A stretch of DNA of 64,000 nt from an uncultured Bacteroidales bacterium (GTDB taxonomy: Bacteria > Bacteroidota > Bacteroidia > Bacteroidales > Muribaculaceae). This document shows positions 15,970-25,718 of the stretch, piece by piece (the first letter of the stretch is position 1; every line of letters starts with the position of its first letter). The DNA lies in assembly GCA_902796035.1 (NCBI GenBank), contig CADBNR010000074.1:1771-65770 (forward strand), in the 5' to 3' direction. Under the pieces are notes generated by a model. That model searched no databases, was not told the origin of the DNA, and saw only the letters and a list, made by a program, of their open reading frames with translations. Both the position numbers and the translations under genes were made by a program.

Positions 15970-18154
15970 TGGAAGGCGAAAGGGTTCTTTCGCCTATTTC
16001 TTTTGCAAGCATGCTGCGGAGGTTCATGATGGAGTTGAGGCGCAACTGCATCTGCAGCTCGTCCTCGGGCGAGATGATGGCCGCAGTGTCATGAAACTTC
16101 TGTAACAGTTCCCTAAGCTGCCGGTTCAGAATTTCAGACTTCCATTCCGTTATGGCCCGGGGCACCAGCGCGTCAAGACGATTTTCCTCCATCTCGTCCT
16201 GCGGCATATTGGCATATATGTTGCTGAGATGATGCTTTTCGCGCAACAGGTCGGTGACGGTTTCACGCACCGTGTCGTTTTCATGACTTGCGAGAAAACG
16301 GGAGGGCCAGTCCTTGATGAACTCGTTGATCTGGGTAGATGCCCAATCCTCCAGGTCCTTTTCCATTTTCTGTTCCTTAGCAGCAATCTCGCTGACGGAG
16401 AAATCGCCGTTTGCTATTTCCTCTATGGCTTCGCGGCGTTTCTGGTCCTTCTCGCGGTCGATATCGGCACGTTTTCGGAAAAGGGCCTCGTCGAACATGG
16501 GTCTGGCCCTTTTCAGTTCCTCGAAAATTGCGGAATACTCAGGAACGGAAAAATGAATGTCGTCGGCGCCGAGTTCGCTTTCCACATATTCAAGCACGTT
16601 CATCAGGGTGTCGTCGTCCTCGTCCATTGTCTGGAACACCTCCTTGTATGCATATTTGAGGCAATACTTGATAAGCGGACGCTCCACCGGACGGTATGAC
16701 GTATCCGGAGCGGGCCGCTTCGGCGTGGCCGGCGTCATTTCCGCGATGGTACGTCCTATGGACGGGCGCTGAGGATCGGATACCGGAGCGTCCGGCAACG
16801 ACTCATCTCCGCGCAGACGCTTCCATTCGCGTTCCTTCTTCCATTTCTCGATCAGAGCATCGCGGGCACGACCAACGGATATGGCTATCGATTCTTCGGT
16901 GACGCCCAGCAATTTGGCGCATTCCTGGATATACACGTCCCGGGCCACCGGGTCGGGGATATGCGCTATGGATTCCACTACGCTGTTCACGGCCTCGATG
17001 CGTTTCTGAGGGTCGTTCGCCGTCTCGGGGGTGAGCAGCACGCGGATCTTGAAACGTATGATATCGGTCTCGTTTTCTTCCACATACTTGCGGAATTCCT
17101 CGGGGGTGTGCTTGCGTGCGAACGAGTCGGGATCGTCGCCGTCGGGCAACAGCAGAACCTTGACGTTCAGCTTATGGCTCAGCAGCATGTCGATGCCTCG
17201 CAGCGAGGCCTTGATGCCGGCGGCGTCACCGTCGTATATCAGGGTGATGTTGTCAGTCAGGCGATGTATCAGCGCTATCTGTCCGTCGGTCAAGGCTGTG
17301 CCTGAGCTGGCCACCACATTCTTAAGGCCCGACTGCCACATGCCGATCACGTCCATATAGCCTTCAACCAGAAAACACTTGGACTCGCGCACTATGGCCG
17401 CACGGGCCTGGAAGATGCCGTACAGTTCGTTGCTCTTCTTATAGAGCATGGACTCAGGCGAGTTGATGTACTTGGCAAGTCCGCCCTTAAGGTCGCGACC
17501 CCCGAAGGCTATTACCTTACCGGAGTTATTGAGGATGGGGAATATGACACGGCCACGGAAACGATCGTAATCCGATCCCCGCGAGGAGGTGCCCACCAGA
17601 CCTAATGTCTTGAGGGTGTCGATATTGAACCCCTTGGTCCGAGCCTCGCTGACGAGGTGCGAACCCGAATCGAGGGCATAGCCGAGATGAAAGGCCTTTA
17701 TTGCCTCGTCGGTGACGCCCCGCTGCGTCAGGTAGGAGAGGCCTACGTCGCGCCCCTCGTCGGTGTGAAGCAGGTCGTGCTCCATCAGGTTCATGGCCCA
17801 TTCGTTGGCCACCAGCATTCCCTCGCGTTCGCTCTGACGCTTGCGTTCCTCATCGGTCATCTCGTGTTCCTTGACCTCGATGCCATATTTCTTCGCTAAG
17901 TGCATCAAGGCCTCCTGATAGCTCAGCCCCTCCTTTTCCATTATGAAGTTGACTGGCGAGCCTCCCTTCTTGCACGAGAAACAATAGCAGAAATTTCGCT
18001 TGCGGCTGACGGAGAAAGAGGGCGTGCGCTCGTTATGAAACGGGCACAGACCCATGTAGTTCGCGCCGCGCCGGATGAGGTGGACGTAATCGGATACCAC
18101 CTCGACTATGTCGGCGGTGTCCTTGATGCGTTGCGCAGTAGCTTGATCTATCAT
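15956..18154 (-). CDS. dnaG: DNA primase
   Basis: 732 aa. CHC2 zinc finger CPFHNERTPSFSVS...CFSCKKGG, a TOPRIM domain (LVEGYMDV...IYDGDAAG), and an ATGA overlap with the dapA stop. Confidence 0.95.
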   Translation of the reverse strand: MIDQATAQRIKDTADIVEVVSDYVHLIRRGANYMGLCPFHNERTPSFSVSRKRNFCYCFSCKKGGSPVNFIMEKEGLSYQEALMHLAKKYGIEVKEHEMTDEERKRQSEREGMLVANEWAMNLMEHDLLHTDEGRDVGLSYLTQRGVTDEAIKAFHLGYALDSGSHLVSEARTKGFNIDTLKTLGLVGTSSRGSDYDRFRGRVIFPILNNSGKVIAFGGRDLKGGLAKYINSPESMLYKKSNELYGIFQARAAIVRESKCFLVEGYMDVIGMWQSGLKNVVASSGTALTDGQIALIHRLTDNITLIYDGDAAGIKASLRGIDMLLSHKLNVKVLLLPDGDDPDSFARKHTPEEFRKYVEENETDIIRFKIRVLLTPETANDPQKRIEAVNSVVESIAHIPDPVARDVYIQECAKLLGVTEESIAISVGRARDALIEKWKKEREWKRLRGDESLPDAPVSDPQRPSIGRTIAEMTPATPKRPAPDTSYRPVERPLIKYCLKYAYKEVFQTMDEDDDTLMNVLEYVESELGADDIHFSVPEYSAIFEELKRARPMFDEALFRKRADIDREKDQKRREAIEEIANGDFSVSEIAAKEQKMEKDLEDWASTQINEFIKDWPSRFLASHENDTVRETVTDLLREKHHLSNIYANMPQDEMEENRLDALVPRAITEWKSEILNRQLRELLQKFHDTAAIISPEDELQMQLRLNSIMNLRSMLAKEIGERTLSPSKISN

Positions 18155-19032
18155 AGAGAGGCGAGGATACGGTCAAGTTTCTCGCCTGTTTCGGGACGGG
18201 TGGGAACCAATGGAAGTCGCAGTTGGTTTTCACAGAAACCCATCTCGTGCAGCAGGTACTTGATGCCGGCAGGATTTCCGTCGACAAATAGCTCGTCGTA
18301 TAGCTTCTGGAACCGGTGATGGATAGGCAAGGCATCGTTGAAATCGCCTTGGAGGCAGAGACGCACCATCTGGCCGAATTCCTTAGGGAACGCGTTGCCT
18401 ACTACCGAAATGACTCCCTCGGCACCAATGGATATGAGGGGATAGGTAAGAGCGTCGTCGCCGGATATTACCTCGAAGCCTTCGGGACGGCGGCTCAGAA
18501 TCTCTTCGATCTGCTTAAGGTTGCCGGACGCCTCCTTGATGGCTATGATGTCAGGGAACTCATGGGCGAGGCGCAGTGTGGTCTCGGCCATGATGTTGAC
18601 GCCGGTGCGTCCCGGCACATTATACAGCACTACAGGAAGAGTCGACACTCGTGCCACTTCGGCGAAATGGCGGTACAGGCCCTCCTGCGACGGCTTGTTA
18701 TAGAAAGGAGTGACGGAGAGGATTGCCGAGTAGCCTGTGAGGTCTGTGTTGTGTATCTCATCGACAAGAGCGGCAGTACAGTTGCCGCCCATTCCGGCGA
18801 TGAGAGGGACTCTGCCGGCCGTGTATTCGACGGCCCTACGTCTTACCTCGGCCTTTTCTGCCGCGGTCAGAGTCGGCGTCTCGCCGGTGGTTCCAAGTAT
18901 AACGAGATAGTCCGCTCCGTTGTCGATGACATGGTCTATGACACGCCGGAGCGCGGGATAATCTATCTTAAAGTCTGAATCAAAGGGCGTTATCATGGCC
19001 ACACCCAGACCGCGTAATTTAAATGCTGACAT
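18151..19032 (-). CDS. dapA: 4-hydroxy-tetrahydrodipicolinate synthase
   Basis: I start at the ATG at 19032 (MSAFKLRGLGVAMITPF...). The ORF-track N-terminal 37 aa look spurious. The GTTGE motif and a typical DapA length (293 aa) are present. Confidence 0.92.
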   Translation of the reverse strand: MSAFKLRGLGVAMITPFDSDFKIDYPALRRVIDHVIDNGADYLVILGTTGETPTLTAAEKAEVRRRAVEYTAGRVPLIAGMGGNCTAALVDEIHNTDLTGYSAILSVTPFYNKPSQEGLYRHFAEVARVSTLPVVLYNVPGRTGVNIMAETTLRLAHEFPDIIAIKEASGNLKQIEEILSRRPEGFEVISGDDALTYPLISIGAEGVISVVGNAFPKEFGQMVRLCLQGDFNDALPIHHRFQKLYDELFVDGNPAGIKYLLHEMGFCENQLRLPLVPTRPETGEKLDRILASL

Positions 19033-19149
19033 AAATGCCCATTGCCGGCGCTTGTTGCCCGCAAATGTCAATGCAAAAATAATCAAAATACGGAAATTAC
19101 ACAACCCGTTTCCGAACTGCACAAAAAAAGAAATTGTTAACAATAGTGA

Positions 19150-20604
19150 ATGGATATAGAAAAGGTGAAAATGGAAACACAGGAAACATCGAGGGACAAG
19201 TTAAGGCTGTGGCTGCGTAATACATGGAGCGACATCAAGGGGTATCTCAATCCGATGGCGGACCTGGAGGGTCAGACGGACGTAGAGGCGAGCATACGCG
19301 CCGGCGTGTCGTTCAAAGGAAGTCAACTGCTTACGCTGATATTCGCCATCTTCATAGCCTCGTTGGGTCTCAACACGGACAGCATACCCGTCATAATAGG
19401 CGCGATGTTGATATCACCGCTGATGGGCCCCATCATCGGAATGGGTCTGGGTATCGGAATCAGGGATTTCGACCTGTTGAAGAAAAGTCTGAAAAACGTG
19501 TCGGCCGCAATTCTCGGCTCGCTTATCACATCGGCGCTCTACTTCCTCATTTCACCGCAGTACGAGAGTTCCAGTCAGCTGTTGGCGCGCACTTCGCCCA
19601 CCATCTACGACGTGTTCGTGGCACTGTTCGGCGGCGCGGCAGGCATACTGAGCATAGCAGCCAAGAACAAGGGACAGGTCATGCCGGGTGTGGCGATCGC
19701 CACTTCGCTGATGCCTCCTCTGTGTACGGCCGGATATGGTCTGGCCACTATGCAGATGCATTTCTTCCTCGGAGCCTTCTACCTGTTTTTCACAAATATG
19801 ATATTCATCTTCGTGGCCTCGTGGATAGGCGTTAAGCTGATGGGATTCAAGAAGGTGGTGTATCAGGACGAAGCACGCAGCAAACGCATCAAAATCATTT
19901 TCTATACCCTGATAACGGCCATGATGATATTAAGCGCTTATCTGACTCTGGTCATGGTGCGTAAAAACGTATTCATGGAAAAGGCCCAGGCATTCGTGGA
20001 GAAGGAAATGGTGTTTCCCAACACACAGGTGCTGAGTCACAAGGAATACATGAACGGCAATCAGCGTGTGATAGACGTGACGCTGATTGGGGCGGCATTG
20101 CCAAAGGATTCGCTGCAGCTGGCTATGGTGAACAAACTTGATTCGTGCGGACTTGGCGGCACGATTCTGAATATTAAGCAGGGCTTCGCCATGCAGGACA
20201 TGAAGGACAGCCGCACGGACGCGCAGTTCTACAAGCTGATGCAGTCGGAGCTGACGTCACAGCAGACAACAATCGACTCGCTGCGAGGCGTAATACGCGA
20301 GAGCAGTCAGTTCAGCGACGAAAGCATGCGCATAGCTCCCGAAGTGAAGGTGCTGTTCCCGTCAGTCCGAGACATTGCGCTGGCGCGTATGGTTGCCACT
20401 TCTACGCACGATGCGCATAGGGACACCGTCAACATGATATTCGTCAACGCACCGAAAGGAATGACCGAACAGGAGCGTGTCAAACTGAAGGAATATGTGG
20501 GAGTGCGTCTGTCAAAGAAGGATCTGCACCTGACTTTAAATCCGTCGGGCTTCCCGTGGCCGAAAGCCGAGAATGCTGTTACCTATGCCAGAACCCGGGA
20601 GTGA
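19150..20604 (+). CDS. DUF389 domain-containing membrane protein with a C-terminal soluble extension
   Basis: 484 aa. IIGAMLISPLMGPIIGMGLG and the repeated TM core are typical of DUF389 (TIGR00341-like). Its 3' end overlaps the convergent trkH by 26 bp. Confidence 0.75.
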   Translation: MDIEKVKMETQETSRDKLRLWLRNTWSDIKGYLNPMADLEGQTDVEASIRAGVSFKGSQLLTLIFAIFIASLGLNTDSIPVIIGAMLISPLMGPIIGMGLGIGIRDFDLLKKSLKNVSAAILGSLITSALYFLISPQYESSSQLLARTSPTIYDVFVALFGGAAGILSIAAKNKGQVMPGVAIATSLMPPLCTAGYGLATMQMHFFLGAFYLFFTNMIFIFVASWIGVKLMGFKKVVYQDEARSKRIKIIFYTLITAMMILSAYLTLVMVRKNVFMEKAQAFVEKEMVFPNTQVLSHKEYMNGNQRVIDVTLIGAALPKDSLQLAMVNKLDSCGLGGTILNIKQGFAMQDMKDSRTDAQFYKLMQSELTSQQTTIDSLRGVIRESSQFSDESMRIAPEVKVLFPSVRDIALARMVATSTHDAHRDTVNMIFVNAPKGMTEQERVKLKEYVGVRLSKKDLHLTLNPSGFPWPKAENAVTYARTRE

Positions 20605-22078
20605 ACACCAGCAACACCGTGAATATCTCGAGACGGCCGGTGAGCATCACGAAAGCATATACCCATTTGGCCAGACCGGGAAGATGTGAGTAGCTTCCCG
20701 ACAGACCACCCGGGACGTCGCAGATGCCGGAGTTGGAGATGGATTCAAGTGAACGGAACACGGCTTCGCCCAAGGGCACGCCGGTGAGACTTACCACCGC
20801 ACCGGCTATTACAACCACAAGCACATACATGATGAGGAATGCCAGGGTCTTGTAGATCATGCCCGAGGTTGTGCCCTTGCCGTTAAGAATAACGGTAGTC
20901 ACCGCGCTGGGATGCATTATCTTATAGAATTCGTTCTTCAGGAACTTGATCATGACGAGGAACCGGTCGATCTTGGCGCCTCCCGAGGTGCTACCCGAGC
21001 ATGCGCCCATGCTCATGAAGAGGAACAGCACCATGATGGCGAGCGGGCCTCCGCTTTTGAATCCGGGGGTACTGATGCCGGTGGTGGATATCACCGACAC
21101 GCACTGAAACAATGGATTGACCGTCAGGTCCTCGGCATTATGGTACAGACCCTGCATCACACTGTCAATGGCCAGGGCCACATATCCGAACAAGACAAGC
21201 CAGCAATACAGCTTGAATACGGAGTTGCGCAGCAGATTGCGCATGTTGCCCTGCAAGGCATTGAAGAGCAGCACGAAGTTGATGCCGCCTAAAAACATGA
21301 ATACCGTCAGCAATACTTTGACATAATTGCTGGCATATTCCACTATACCCTGATCGGTGGTGGGGAACCCTCCGGTGGACATGGTTGAAAGTCCGTAGCA
21401 AAGAGAGTCGAAGAAGTCCATTCGGCTGAACGAAAGGAGAATTATGAGCAGCACTGTAAGAGCGATATACATTCCCCACAGGCCCTTGGCCGTGCTGCTG
21501 ACGCGCGGCCGCAGTTTGTCGTGGGTTATGCCCGTCACTTCAGCGTTGAACAGCAGCAGTCCGCCCGCGGAGTTGAGCATCGGCACCACGGCAAGGGTGA
21601 ACAGCAGAATTCCGAGACCTCCGAACCATTGCATCAGGCAGCGCCACAACAGAATGGACTTAGGCACTCCGTCGAGAGTGGATAGGATGGACACACCGGT
21701 CGTGGTGAACGCCGACATGGTCTCGAAGAACGCATCGGTCACGGACATGTGGGTGCCGTACAGAATGAACGGCAGCATCCCGAACATGGAAAGCACCACC
21801 CACGTAAGACCGGTGAGCAGTATAGCCTCGCGCCTTCCCATATCCTTGTTTTTCGGTTTCAGGAAACACATGCCCAGTCCTACTCCGGCCGTAATGCCAA
21901 CCGCTATCAGGAACGGTACGGAACTTTCAGTCTCGTAAAGCATCGACACGAAACATGGCAGGAGCATGAAAATGGCAAGAATCACCAACAGGTAGCCTTC
22001 GATACGCGCAAGCATCGGGAAGTTGATGTACTTGCGGTGTGCCAGTTTCGGGAGCTTGAATTTCATCAACTGAACCAT
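20579..22078 (-). CDS. trkH: TrkH-family potassium uptake permease
   Basis: 499 aa, polytopic, with repeated M1-P-M2 motifs (TTTGVS, STGGF, TTGIST, NSGI). An alternative ATG at 22066 (MKFKL...) would overlap the trkA stop by 1 nt. Confidence 0.92.
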   Translation of the reverse strand: MVQLMKFKLPKLAHRKYINFPMLARIEGYLLVILAIFMLLPCFVSMLYETESSVPFLIAVGITAGVGLGMCFLKPKNKDMGRREAILLTGLTWVVLSMFGMLPFILYGTHMSVTDAFFETMSAFTTTGVSILSTLDGVPKSILLWRCLMQWFGGLGILLFTLAVVPMLNSAGGLLLFNAEVTGITHDKLRPRVSSTAKGLWGMYIALTVLLIILLSFSRMDFFDSLCYGLSTMSTGGFPTTDQGIVEYASNYVKVLLTVFMFLGGINFVLLFNALQGNMRNLLRNSVFKLYCWLVLFGYVALAIDSVMQGLYHNAEDLTVNPLFQCVSVISTTGISTPGFKSGGPLAIMVLFLFMSMGACSGSTSGGAKIDRFLVMIKFLKNEFYKIMHPSAVTTVILNGKGTTSGMIYKTLAFLIMYVLVVVIAGAVVSLTGVPLGEAVFRSLESISNSGICDVPGGLSGSYSHLPGLAKWVYAFVMLTGRLEIFTVLLVFTPGFWHR

Positions 22079-23403
22079 TTTTCGATTTTGTCGAGGGTTC
22101 CCTGGAGTGTAAACAGAACTACATAGTCGCCGGGCATGATACGCGTATTGCCGTCTATGAGGCGTACCTCGTCACCGCGTATCAGGCCTGCCAGAGTCAT
22201 GCCGTACGGGAGCTTAAGCTCACGAACGGGCGCCTTGGTGATCTTGCTTCCTTCATGCACCTGGATCTCGGCGACGTCGGCATCGGCCAGGGCCAGGAAT
22301 CGCGAATTGCTCTGGTCGGTGTCGAGGAGTATCTTGAATATATGGCCGGAAGCCAACAGTTTCTTGTTGATGGTGGTGCCTATGTTCAGATTCTCGGCGA
22401 GCGATACGAACTGAAGGTTCTCGACGTCGGCCACAGTCTTGCGCACGTCGAATTCCTTGGCCGTCATGCAGGCCAGGATGTTGGTTTCAGAGCTTTCGGT
22501 CATGGCCAGGAAGGCATCATACTGGAAGATGTTGTTCTCGCGCAGAACCTCGATGTCGCGGCCATCGCCGAACACAACCTCGCAATTGGGAAAGTTTGTG
22601 GCCAGGCGCTCGCATTTGTCCATATCCTTGTCTATGATCTTGATATGGAACTTGTCCTGATACAGGGCGCAGAATCGGCGCGCAATGCGGCTGCCTCCCA
22701 TTATCAGCACCTTCTTGATGACGCGCTTGGTCTTGCCGCACAACTCGCGCACATCCTGTATATATGGCGGAGTGGTGATGATGTAGACTATGTCGTCGGG
22801 CAATATTTCCGTGTCACCGTTGGGAATGATGGTCTCGTTGCGTCGTTTTATGGCCGCGATGTGGAAGTCGTGGGTGGTGACAGGCAGGTCTTTGATCTTG
22901 CAATTGAGGATCGAGAGGTTCTGGTCGTGTAGCTTGACGCCTATCAGCAGCAGCTTGCCGTCGTGCAGCTCGCCCCAGTAGCGGGCCCAGTTGTGGGTGA
23001 GGGATATAGCGATTTCATTGGCGGCCACATTCTCGGGATAGATCAGATAGTCGACGCCGAGGTCGCGCAATATCATGCCGTTGCGTGTGATAAGAAACTC
23101 GCTGTTGTCTATCCGGGCCACAGTCTTGGCGGCCCCCAGGCTTTTGGCTATGGCACACGACGTGATGTTGTTGGTCTCGAAGGGAGTGACGGCGATGAAG
23201 AGGTCGGCGTCGGCCACGCCTACATCCTTAAGACTGGCGAATGAGTATGTGTTACCGTTCCAAGTCATCAGATTGTATGTGGCGTCAATGACATCAAGTC
23301 GTGACTGATCCTGGTCAATCAGAGTCACGTCCTGATTCTCCTTGCTCAGCATCTTGGCCAGATGGCGTCCTACCTCGCCGGCTCCCGCAATAATAATCTT
23401 CAT
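22066..23403 (-). CDS. trkA: Trk system potassium transporter, NAD-binding subunit TrkA
   Basis: 445 aa. Two RCK/KTN domains, with N-terminal MKIIIAGAGEVGRHLAKML (GxGxxG). Confidence 0.93.
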   Translation of the reverse strand: MKIIIAGAGEVGRHLAKMLSKENQDVTLIDQDQSRLDVIDATYNLMTWNGNTYSFASLKDVGVADADLFIAVTPFETNNITSCAIAKSLGAAKTVARIDNSEFLITRNGMILRDLGVDYLIYPENVAANEIAISLTHNWARYWGELHDGKLLLIGVKLHDQNLSILNCKIKDLPVTTHDFHIAAIKRRNETIIPNGDTEILPDDIVYIITTPPYIQDVRELCGKTKRVIKKVLIMGGSRIARRFCALYQDKFHIKIIDKDMDKCERLATNFPNCEVVFGDGRDIEVLRENNIFQYDAFLAMTESSETNILACMTAKEFDVRKTVADVENLQFVSLAENLNIGTTINKKLLASGHIFKILLDTDQSNSRFLALADADVAEIQVHEGSKITKAPVRELKLPYGMTLAGLIRGDEVRLIDGNTRIMPGDYVVLFTLQGTLDKIEKWFS

Positions 23404-25340
23404 GACGGATCGGTGTTTTGAAGAATGACGTTCAGAATCGAGTCCGGATCAAGACCGCATATCTTTTCAAGTTCAGGCACGCTGCCGTGTTCGATGAAAC
23501 GGTCGGGGATTCCCAACCGGGTGAAATGGATCATGATGTCGTTGTCGTCAAGCCATTGTCTCACTGCCGATCCGAAGCCGCCGATGCGCACTCCGTCCTC
23601 GACGGTGATGATGCGCTTGTGGGTCTGTGCTATGTGACGCACCATCTCCGTGTCGAAAGGCTTAGCCCATATCATGTCATACACGTCAACATGCACATTC
23701 TTACGGGCTGCCATTTCCGCAGCCGCCACAGCGTTGTCGAGTGTATTGCCCAGCGACAGTATCGCCACATCGGCATTGTCGGACATATAGACATGACGGC
23801 CTTTGCCCACGGGCAGAGTCGTTTCGGTGTCGGAATCCGGGAGCGAGCCGGGCTTGCAGTTGCCGCGTGGATAGCGGATGGCGGATGGACCCTGCAGCGT
23901 CATGGCAGTGTTCATGAGCAGGCGCAGAGTGTCGGCGTCGGCCGGGGCCGCTACAGTGTAATTGGGAATTGACAGGAGAAAGGCTATGTCCATCATGCCG
24001 TGATGAGTGACGCCGTCCTCGCCCACAAGTCCCGCACGGTCTATGCATAGTGTGACCGGGAGTTTGTTGATGGCGGTGTCATGTATGATGTTGTCGTAGG
24101 CACGCTGCAGGAACGAGGAGTAAATGGCCACGAAAGGGTGCTTGCCGGCGGCTGCGAGACCACCGGCGAAAGTCACGGCATGTCCTTCGGAGATGCCTAC
24201 GTCGTAGACGCGGTCGGGCATGGCCTTCTGCAGGATGTCGACCGAAGTGCCGGCGGCCATCGCCGCCGTGACGCTTACTACATTGGCGTCTGCACGCGCC
24301 AGTTCCAACAGATGACGACCGAACACCTCCTGCCACTTGGGATCGTGGTTTGACGATTTCACGCGAGCGCCGGTATCGGGATTGAACCTGCCGGGGGCAT
24401 GCCAGTCCACGGGATTTTTCATGGCCGGTCCGTAGCCCTGACCCTTGACCGTGTGCAGATGCAGGATGCGCGGTCCGCGCATGTGCTTGATTTCATTCAG
24501 CACTTTCACCACTTTGGTGACGTCGTTGCCGTCAAAGGGACCGAAATAGCGTATGTTAAGGCCTTCGAATATGTTCTGCTGTCGGGAAATAAGGGATTTT
24601 AGGGCGTTGCCGAAGCGAAGTATCACACCCTTCTTGTTGTCGTCCATCATGCCCTTGCGACGGAACATGTTGTACAGTTTGTAGCGCCATCTGTTGTAGC
24701 CGACCGAGGTGGTCAGTTCGGAGAAGTAACGGTGAAGAGCTCCGACGTTAGGCGATATCGACATGTCGTTGTCGTTGAGGATGATGAGTAGATTGTTGGG
24801 ATTTATGGATGTATTGTTCAGTCCTTCGAAAGCGAGTCCGTTGCCTATGGATGCGTCCCCTATAAGGGCTACGGTCATCCTGTCCTGCTCGCCTGGGGTG
24901 TTCATATCGGCTATGGCCATACCGAGGGCCGCGGATATTGCATTGCCGGCATGACCGCATGTGAATGTGTCGTATTCGCTTTCGGCAGGCGAAGGGAAGC
25001 CGCTGATTCCGCCCAACGTGCGCTGAGTGGCGAAGGCATCGCGTCGCCCTGTCAGCAATTTATGGGCGTATGCCTGATGGCCTACGTCGAACAATATGCG
25101 GTCGTGTGGCGTGTTGAATACATAATGCAGAGCCACGATGATGTCCACGGCTCCCATGCTTGAGCCGAAATGCCCGGGGTTTACCGAAAGGTTCTGTATA
25201 AGCATGTCGCGTATCTCGCTACATACCTGTGGTAACTGCGAGGCGTCCAGCTTTCGCAGGTCGTCCGGACTGTCTATATGCGACAGCAGAGTGCCGCTTT
25301 CACCGGCTTTCTTGATGATTTCGTGTTTGTCCTGGTTCAT
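23400..25340 (-). CDS. dxs: 1-deoxy-D-xylulose-5-phosphate synthase
   Basis: 646 aa. Contains GHQAYAHKLLTGR and the TPP-binding GDASIGNGLAFEGLNN. The dxs-trkA-trkH order has ATGA overlaps. Confidence 0.97.
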   Translation of the reverse strand: MNQDKHEIIKKAGESGTLLSHIDSPDDLRKLDASQLPQVCSEIRDMLIQNLSVNPGHFGSSMGAVDIIVALHYVFNTPHDRILFDVGHQAYAHKLLTGRRDAFATQRTLGGISGFPSPAESEYDTFTCGHAGNAISAALGMAIADMNTPGEQDRMTVALIGDASIGNGLAFEGLNNTSINPNNLLIILNDNDMSISPNVGALHRYFSELTTSVGYNRWRYKLYNMFRRKGMMDDNKKGVILRFGNALKSLISRQQNIFEGLNIRYFGPFDGNDVTKVVKVLNEIKHMRGPRILHLHTVKGQGYGPAMKNPVDWHAPGRFNPDTGARVKSSNHDPKWQEVFGRHLLELARADANVVSVTAAMAAGTSVDILQKAMPDRVYDVGISEGHAVTFAGGLAAAGKHPFVAIYSSFLQRAYDNIIHDTAINKLPVTLCIDRAGLVGEDGVTHHGMMDIAFLLSIPNYTVAAPADADTLRLLMNTAMTLQGPSAIRYPRGNCKPGSLPDSDTETTLPVGKGRHVYMSDNADVAILSLGNTLDNAVAAAEMAARKNVHVDVYDMIWAKPFDTEMVRHIAQTHKRIITVEDGVRIGGFGSAVRQWLDDNDIMIHFTRLGIPDRFIEHGSVPELEKICGLDPDSILNVILQNTDPS

Positions 25341-25346
25341 TAGAAC

Positions 25347-25526
25347 TCATTTTTGTTTCTTGTTTCCGCCCGTCAGCTTCCGCCATAGAGGCACGAAAAT
25401 GATGATGCCGGAAAAAGCCACTATCAGCAGGTTGTATAATGTCAGTCCCGCCGACAATACCCCCCATGCCAGCCATATCCATAATATGACCAGCACTGCA
25501 AAGCCTATGATTCGAGTAGTTTTCAT
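25347..25526 (-). CDS. Small hypothetical membrane protein (59 aa, two TM helices), first gene of the dxs operon
   Basis: I start at the ATG at 25526 (MKTTRIIGFAVLV...) because the longer ORF-track model would begin inside the promoter box. It ends 6 nt before dxs. No family was recognised. Confidence 0.45.
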   Translation of the reverse strand: MKTTRIIGFAVLVILWIWLAWGVLSAGLTLYNLLIVAFSGIIIFVPLWRKLTGGNKKQK

Positions 25527-25566
25527 ATCGGATATACTCAAAATATGGTCCAAAAAGGAGCAGTAA

Positions 25567-25600
25567 GGCAAAATTACAAAAATTTTTTCTTAATTTTGCC
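25567..25600. promoter_or_regulatory. Back-to-back divergent -7 boxes forming a 10-bp inverted repeat (GGCAAAATTA - 14 bp - TAATTTTGCC)
   Basis: The left box (minus strand) serves the small-ORF/dxs operon and the right box (plus strand) serves the L,D-transpeptidase gene. Both match TAnnTTTG. Confidence 0.5.
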
Positions 25601-25718
25601 ACAAGAAAGGAAAATGTGCAACTGAAGCGGTAATACCGTAGTATGAAAGTTGCATCAGTCAACGTAAAATAATCATTAAATATATATAAACCGGGAAATA
25701 TTCTCCCTACCTGCATTC

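Noticed and set aside
20579-20604. A 26-bp convergent overlap of the 3' ends of the DUF389 gene and trkH.
   Set aside because: The overlap is real in the sequence, but convergent end overlaps of this size are common and there is no associated structure. It could equally reflect a slightly shorter true C-terminus. I did not pursue it as a finding.
25300-25716. A 138-aa minus-strand ORF (25300-25716) covering the dxs-upstream region and the divergent promoter module.
   Set aside because: It runs through both -7 boxes and the AT-rich intergenic region. It is out of frame with the better-supported 59-aa membrane ORF, and no motifs were found.
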